Below are positions 56,210-64,000 of a stretch of DNA of 64,000 nucleotides, in pieces. Position 1 is the first letter of the stretch, and each line of letters starts with the position of its first letter. The translations under genes and the position numbers were made by a program. Origin of the DNA: Octopus vulgaris (lineage: Eukaryota). The stretch lies in assembly GCA_951406725.2 (NCBI GenBank), contig OX597826.1:56048001-56112000 (forward strand), in the 5' to 3' direction. The notes under the pieces are model-generated. The model was not told the origin of the DNA. It saw nothing but the letters and a program-made list of their open reading frames with translations, and searched no databases.

Positions 56210-58070
56210 CTGTTATTATTGCTGTCGTTATTGTTGTTGTTTGTAGTGGTGGTGGTGGTGGTTGTGATGGTTGTAGCGGCGGCGGTGTTGTTGGTTGTGG
56301 TAGTGCTGGGTGTGGCGGTGGTGGTGTCGTTGTTGTTATAGCATATGTTTAACTCTCTTACCGTCGCCACCACCACCACCACCACTACTACCACCACCAC
56401 TCCCACCACATCTACTACCACTGCAACTACTGACACCTCTATTGCCGCCTCCACAAAGACCAACATTACCACCGCGACCACCACTAACTATAGTTTAAAA
56501 ACATATCGCCGCCTTCATCGCTAACATCACCACTAACACCGCTAAGAAACACTAACATTAACGCTGCTGCCATCACCACCCCCACCATTAACTCTGCTAC
56601 CGCTAATTCCATCTCCGCTACTACCGTGACCATCACAACCACCGCAAGCAACGTCAAACCTCCTTCCACTACCACCACTACTCCACTGTCACCACAACAC
56701 AAGTAATATCCCAACAACCATCACTACCATCATCACTATAAATGCCCCCTGCTCGCTAGTATAACCAACACTTATACTACCACCACTACATTACTACTGC
56801 CACAGCTACCACCGACACTAGCACCAACGAGAACATTACTATCACCAGCACTGTTTACCCCCACCACTACTAACGCTACTACCACCAACCAACAGCGCTA
56901 TTACTATTACGCTCGACAGTACTACTAGCACCACTACAGTCACCACCTCAACCAACACTTCTGCTCCACCACTACTACTACGAATACCGTCATTTCACTA
57001 CCACCACAAACATCACTACTATTACCTCTACTCCCACAACTACTGTCACCACTACTACCATCATCACTACTACTAACACCATCACCACCAACACCAACAC
57101 CACTAGTACCAACACCACTAGTACCAACACCCGTACCACCAGCACTACTAACACCTTCAACACTACCACCACTACCATCACTACTACCTCCATCATCACT
57201 ACCACCATCACCATAATCACCATCACCAGTACCATCATTACCATTACCACCAACAACACTACCACCATCACCACATCCAGCAACAACATTACCACCACTA
57301 CCATCACCACTACTAAATACCACTACCACCACTACCACCATCACCATTTCCACCATCACCACTTCCACCATCACCACTTCCACCATCATCACCATTGCCA
57401 CCATCACCACTACCACCATCATCACTTCCACCATCACCACTTCCACCAACAACACTACCACTGCTACCACTACAACAGCTACTACCACTGTTACCTGAAA
57501 TATATCTACCTCCCCAAGGGAACTTTGAATTGTAAACTCATTTTCTCTCTAATCTCGTTCCGATTTCTTCAACATTCCGTTACCCCACTCAACCACCGAA
57601 CCACCCGACAACCAGCCCCTCAACCCCTATTTCCAAACATACCCACCCCTTAAAACCCTTCTCTGCCTTCTCTCTCTTCCACCCCACCTCCACCTCCTTC
57701 CGTTTCTCATTTTTACTTTCCACCCCACTACCGTCTCTCATATCTACCTTCCACCCTTCTCATCTCTCATTCCTACCTTCCACTCCACCGTCTCCTATTT
57801 TCCTCAACAACCCCACCCTTTCCCACCTCCTACCACTACCACCTCTCACATGCAGCCTCCACCCTACCATCTTCCGTTGCCACCACCGCCACTCCGCTTT
57901 CTCTTATATCCACCATCTACCCCTATCATCTCATATATCCGCCTTCCATTCCTACCACCTTCCATTCCCACCTCACACGACTACCATCTCTCATATCCAC
58001 CCTCCACCCTTTTCCGTCTATGATATCCACCCCTCTCCCTCTCATATCCACCTACCTCTACCCATTTCTA
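56210..58070. repeat. (GGT)/(CAC/ACT)n degenerate trinucleotide tract and C-rich minisatellite
   Basis: Direct inspection. Confidence 0.85.
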
Positions 58071-58671
58071 AAAAAAACATGGTGGAAACAGAGCCTCCTC
58101 AGTACAACCAATCAATAACTTACATTGTTTAGCACCCCCTCCATTTCCATTGTTATTTAAGAGGGGGGGATATTTTGTAGAGGGTGAAGGAATTTTTTTT
58201 TCCTTTTTTTCGTGAAGGTGGGGGTAATTTAAGGATCAAAAGATGACTAAAATAGACGTATGATCCCTAATTACGTCTACAGACGAACGATATAGACTAT
58301 TGATCTCACTCAACACCGAGGGGACAAGGTATATGCGAAAAAGAAAAGAAAAAAGGGGGTCGATATTGTATATTGCCTTGATTTAGGGGTCACAAGTCTA
58401 TTTTGGTTACTTAGTACTACTTTTAAGTAGAAGCATCTTTTGTTTTCTCTTGTGTGTTGTTTTTTTTTGTATGTATTTTTCTCTTAAACATACCTACACG
58501 CGTCGCATGAATAGAATAACGTACACGACGCATGCATATCTAAAAATTCACGTACAAATATGTACATTAGCACTAAGCGTACACTCACACGCATACTGAT
58601 GTATATGCATGTGAGTACATTATATATATGTGTGTGTGTATGTGTGTATGCACATATATACAGATACATAT

Positions 58672-58723
<52 letters not shown>

Positions 58724-59001
58724 TTATATATATACATATATACACACACATATGTATATGCAAATAAATATACATATATATACATATATATATTTATTTA
58801 TATATATATATAATGGTATACACACACATACATACAAACACACACACACATATACACATACATGTAGATAAATAAATAGATAGAAGGATTCCTTTCTTAG
58901 TGGTAAGACCATATGAGTCGACTTCTAGCATAATGGTTGTCCACTTAGTGGTCATCCTTATATGTATGTAATAGATAGATAGATGGATAGATAGATAGAT
59001 A

Positions 59002-59066
<65 letters not shown>

Positions 59067-59638
59067 GTATGTATATATGTATGTATGTATGTATGTATGT
59101 GTGTATGTATGTATGTATACATATACAAATACACGTACATATATACATATATGTACATATGAAAAAAAAAATATATATGTATATATGTATGTCTTTATGT
59201 GTATGTATATAAAGAGAGGGAGGGAGACCAAGAGGGAGACAGAGAATGGGAGGAGGAAACTTGCACACGCATGCTCACAAATGTATACATAACAATTAGG
59301 AAACATATATCAGTCACATACAAGCGTACACACGAGCATAATTATAGGCAGTCACACACACACACATACCTTTGCACCGTCTTTCATCCCCCGTCGCGTC
59401 TTTCTATTCGTATGTGCATTCACATATGATGTAGAACTGAAGAAAAACGCATTTTCTTTATTCGTAGCTTACTGTGTAAACACATACACACACATACATA
59501 TGCATATATATAGCTGTATGTATGTGCGTGTGTGTACGTATGTGTGTTTGTGTGTATTTGTTTGTCTCTCTCTCTGTCTCTCTCTCTATATATATATATA
59601 TACACACATACATACACATATATATATATGCCTGTATG

Positions 59639-59673
<35 letters not shown>

Positions 59674-59727
59674 GTGTATATATATATATATATACACAGA
59701 CATACACATATATATGTGCCTGTGTGA

Positions 59728-59810
<83 letters not shown>

Positions 59811-59875
59811 TGCATACATATACATATATGCATGCATATACAGATCCAAGCATATACACATACATACACGCACTC

Positions 59876-59907
<32 letters not shown>

Positions 59908-60744
59908 CAATAGATATACGTAAGTACATGCATGCATGTATTAAGTACACGCAATCATGCATACATACATGTTTAGCAAGTTTCTGCCTCATTTTCAATA
60001 TGGATTCTTTTGTTGCCATTAGGTTTTATTAAACAATACAACAGGATCTTTCGAACTGGATTATGACGTCACGAAAAAATCAACCAATGAAACTCAGCAA
60101 ATTCACATCGAATACTTTGATTCACGTCAGCAATAAAAAAGAAAGGCTAGTAAATCCCAAATCATTGAATGAAAACCAGATTAGCTCAACTGAACAACAG
60201 TCGGACGGTCAGGCGAACTCTGTTAACGGAAAGAACTGGACAGACAGGCAGAGAAATGCATCCATGCATTAAGTTCATTATCATGATTTAAACAAAAATG
60301 AGTTGAGGAAAATAATTGAGAGTTGATGGTGACCAGTGGCTTGTATTTGGACACCGTGGACAATACATGCCACAGACCAATTAGGGTTAGGTTAATGGTT
60401 ATTTCTCTTAGCTCATTATTCTTTAATGCATGCAAATTACCTTGGCTATAAATATGTTCAATTCTTTTTAATGTTATCTAATATCTCCGGCTACAAGCAA
60501 CAAGACAGCTGAGGAAGATTATTGAGACAGAAACACGTGTCCATGAATGTTCTCTATGTTCTAGACAGTTGTTCTCAACAGGGACCCTTGGGAATCCGTA
60601 TACAATATTGTCGCTAAAATTTATGTGCATTATATTGCGTATACTTCTGCAATCCAGAAAATAATTAAACAATTTTGTTTATACAATCCCTGATAATATT
60701 TAATTCTAAACATACAGTTAGATTTATATATATATATATATATA

Positions 60745-61238
60745 CTACCTGGTAGTAAATAATATTACTATAATATTACTACCCTTCTTGTTTATATTCG
60801 CATACCACATGATGGATTTATTCGTAAAATTCTTCCCGGCATGCCCGTGTAAATTTTGCGTCTGCGCAGAGATTTGAAAAGTTAAGATCTGCTAGTAGTC
60901 GGGTTCAACACATAGTCCCACATCGCTGCAGACCTCGATTAAATTTAGGCGACTCGCTGATGAAGCTGGCCTTAGCAAACATATTCTGTGTTTTGCTAGA
61001 AAGAAGCAGAAAACGCGGTACGAGTTGTTAAAGTTATCGGTAAACGTTTTTGATTTTCACTCTCGATAAATTCATCCCCTTTTTGTGTTCCCAGCACTCG
61101 GCATCTTTATTTAGGAGCCCTTAATTGTATAACTACATGAATAATATTTTTCTATATGAATAATATTTTTGTCTTATGACTAATTCGTCTTTTGTGCTGG
61201 GCACCTGGTAGTAAATAATATTACTACCCTTCTTGTTA
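60745..61238 (+). mobile_element. Terminally redundant ~445-bp hammerhead-bearing element in (TA)n
   Basis: ACCTGGTAGTAAATAATATTACTACCCTTCTTGTT at both ends; hammerhead at 60950-61027. Confidence 0.7.
60950..61027 (+). ncRNA. Type-I hammerhead ribozyme with long helix II
   Basis: CGACTCG-CTGATGA-aGCT..TAGCAAA/TTTGCTA..AGCa-GAAA-aCGCGG-TA-CGAGTTG; two junction mismatches. Confidence 0.65.
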
Positions 61239-61246
61239 TATATATA

Positions 61247-61283
<37 letters not shown>

Positions 61284-61482
61284 GAAATATGTTAGAAAAA
61301 GAAAATAGAAACTACACGTGGAAATGTAAGGGGAAAGTAAGAAGAAAAATAGGCGAAAATGCACATTGGAAATCAAAAAAAGTAAATGCTTGTTATGAAA
61401 AGTAACGTTAGATATATACAATTAGCTGAACTAAGGTAGGAATAAAAGTAATAAAAGACATTATTGTGAATTGTTAAAGAGA

Positions 61483-61528
61483 TTCAAAAGCATACCGGTT
61501 TCTTGAATTTGCTAATCACTGCTTTGAA
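61483..61528 (-). ncRNA. Degenerate minimal hammerhead
   Basis: TTCAAAGCA-GTGATTA-...-GAAACCGGTA-TGCTTTTGAA. Confidence 0.45.
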
Positions 61529-61591
61529 TGCACACCGATTAATGAACTTGTTCAATTTCGCTTATTTTCCTTCTTACTTTTCCCTATATAT

Positions 61592-61660
<69 letters not shown>

Positions 61661-61770
61661 GAACCAAGACATTTGAAATTTTATCCCGAATGTAATCGGT
61701 AAAACTAAGCACGTGTCTGTCTTGGCACAGAAAGCTGGGGTTAGTTTTTCAGATTGCATTTACACTGAAC

Positions 61771-61849
61771 GAATGCACTGATGAAGCCACGGACATTTGA
61801 ATTATGTAAGTAATTCTTTTAATAATGGCCGAAACCGAAGTATGCATTT
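61771..61849 (+). ncRNA. Type-I hammerhead ribozyme, canonical core, long loop II
   Basis: GAATGCA-CTGATGA-aGCCA...TGGCc-GAAAC(CGAA)GTA-TGCATTT. Confidence 0.7.
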
Positions 61850-62662
61850 AATTCTGTTTTTTATATAAATTTTCATCTGTCCTGCCCGCCAAATTTGGTT
61901 CTGGTGTTCGCTGAATTTTTCCTCTAGAGAATTTTCTTTGTAGCTTGATCCTTGATGATCTATTTCTAGCATACGGTTGACTACCTAGCAGTCTTGCCCT
62001 GCCAATATACACATATATTAGAATTTTCTCTGACTTCTCAGATTTTTTGTATGCTAGACTACTTGATATTAAAATTAATATTAATTTATCTCCCTCATTA
62101 TTTAAATATATATATATATAACATCAAATGGCTATGAAGGTCTAGTATAGTGAAAAAGGAATCAAGTGGGTCTATAGGCAAAAATGGTCGGGAAACACAG
62201 CTCCGGCGAATAAACCCGTCTTTTACATGAAAGGAATGTGAAATTTGGAGGATTCTTGACTCTTGCGATTATGTCTCCTTCTCAATTGGAGCTGGTCTCA
62301 ATTGCTATTTGATGATTATGGTGTATCCTCCAGAGGTGGAGATGATTTTAATAAATCAAGAAATATTAAATATTGTATTTGTCTATATTGTTCAATATGA
62401 GTTGCTTTCGACAAGTAGACTGATCAACGTGAACGTTCTGCAACACCCAACGCCTAATACACTTACTAACTTAATTACTAATAACGGCTGGAACATTTTC
62501 TCCCTCTTCTCTCTCTCTATCTCTCTCTTTCCGCACACACACACACACACAAACACACATACACACATTATATTCTTAATAGAACTGAAGGATAAAATCA
62601 CGTTAATTATCAGGCAGTCAGCATGAAATAAAAATATAATTTATATATTAAATTAATTATAA

Positions 62663-63229
62663 ACGTAGGAGTGACTGTGTGATAAGTAGCTTGCTTACAA
62701 ACCACATGGTTCCGAGTTCAGTCCCACTGCGTGGTGCCTTGGGCAAGTATCTTATACTATTGCTTCGGGCCGACCAAAGCTTTGTGAGTGGTTTTAGTAG
62801 ACGGACGCTGAAAGGGGCCCGTAGTATATATGTATATATATATAGGCGCAGGAGTGGCTGTGTGGTAAGTAGCTTGCTAACCAACCACATGGTTCCGGGT
62901 TCAGTCCCACTGCGTGGCATCTTGGGCAAGTGTCTTCTGCTATAGCCCCGGGCCGACCAATGCCTTGTGAGTGGATTTGGTAGACGGAAACTGTCGTATA
63001 TATATATGTATGTGTGTGTGTTTGTGTGTCTGTGTTTGTCCCCCTAGCATTGCCTGACAACCGATGCTGGTGTGTTTACGTCCACGTCACTTAGCGGTTC
63101 GGCAAAAGAGACTGATAGAATAAGTACTGGGCTTACAAAGAATAAGTTCCGGGGTCGATTTGCTCGACTAAAGGCGGTGCTCCAGCATGGCCACAGTCAA
63201 ATGACTGAAACAAGTAAAAGAGTAAGAGT
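62663..63229 (+). mobile_element. SINE A half copy (62663-62824) plus full copy (62845-63229)
   Basis: Two heads in tandem, one tail. Confidence 0.9.
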
Positions 63230-63331
63230 AATATGTGTATAAGTAAACACAAACGGTGTTTGAGATTTACGTCAGAATTTTATTCGATAGAATTTCATTT
63301 ATTGAAAGTCATGAAGGATTACATGATAATC

Positions 63332-63490
63332 CACCATCATCAGGTAAGATTTTTAAGCAAGTAAGACTGTAAACATCGACCTGGACGTAAACAATATCAG
63401 CTCGACTGGTCAGCTAATACAGCTAAAGTTGGTTCTGTCTGAGACGGTGTTTAAAATCTTACCTGTTTGAAATTTTACCTCATGATGGTG
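63332..63490. repeat. Foldback element (~46-bp arms)
   Basis: CACCATCATCAGGTAAGATTT...AAACATCG vs CGGTGTTT...AAATTTTACCTCATGATGGTG. Confidence 0.55.
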
Positions 63491-63809
63491 AATAATACAT
63501 AATTGTGTATATATTTTTTTATAACTGTATTAGATAAATAAAATTTTACCACAAAAGCACTTTAATACATATGACACACAATGGACCCATTTCTGAGTCG
63601 GATTAAGTTAGATTCGCTAAAAGTATTTATATGTTATTTGAGAGAGATTTGATTGGCTGCTTTTGCTTGTAGGTGAATAGAAGCAACAATTATAGGATCC
63701 TTCAATTGGCACTCCGTCGGTTACGACAAAGTTTCCAGACGATCCTATCAGCCGAACGACCAGCTTTTGAAATTAGCGTGCAAGTAACTCAGCACAAACA
63801 CGCACATAT

Positions 63810-63981
63810 ATACGACGGGCTTCTTTGAGTTTCACTAACAAGTCTTTGATCGACCCAATAAAAAATCGAAGTCTTTGATCGGCCCAAGACTATATTAGAA
63901 GACACTTGTCCAAGGTGTCAGGCTGTGTGAGTGAACCCAGAACCATTTGGTTATGAAATATACTGCTTACCACAAAGCCAC
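63810..63981 (-). mobile_element. Degenerate SINE A 5' half
   Basis: GAAGACACTTGTCCAAGGTG...GCTTACCACAAAGCCAC. Confidence 0.7.
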
Positions 63982-64000
63982 GAATCAAAGATGCGCTTTG

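Noticed and set aside
54036-57488. Poly-His/Ser/Thr/Val/Gly ORFs resembling mucin or His-rich proteins
   Set aside because: Degenerate trinucleotide repeats open in multiple frames; no domain or clear exon structure

Overview
Eukaryotic, AT-rich, extremely microsatellite-rich non-coding DNA ((TA)n, (CA)n, (TATG)n, (GATA)n and trinucleotide tracts). The repeat landscape is consistent with a cephalopod, probably Octopus (inference). No convincing host protein-coding gene is present, and almost all ORFs in the track are translated microsatellites. Real content: (1) a near-intact ~5.5 kb Penelope-like retroelement (Neptune-type RT + GIY-YIG, tandem pseudo-LTRs) in a (TA)n array; (2) a 5'-truncated L1/Tx1-clade LINE in (GATA)n; (3) CR1, RTE and mariner/Tigger relics and MITEs; (4) about 25 tRNA-derived SINE copies with modular head/tail swapping, two families of which share 3' tails with LINEs in the window (CR1 and Tx1). 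The most interesting signal is a set of unrelated short non-coding elements, mostly in or beside (TA)n, each with a type-I hammerhead-ribozyme-like fold read by eye. Some have canonical cores, others variant cores or long helix II. They occur as tandem or terminally redundant monomers (retrozyme-like) or as fixed-breakpoint inversions. Ribozyme activity and family names are untested; coordinates of degenerate repeats are approximate.
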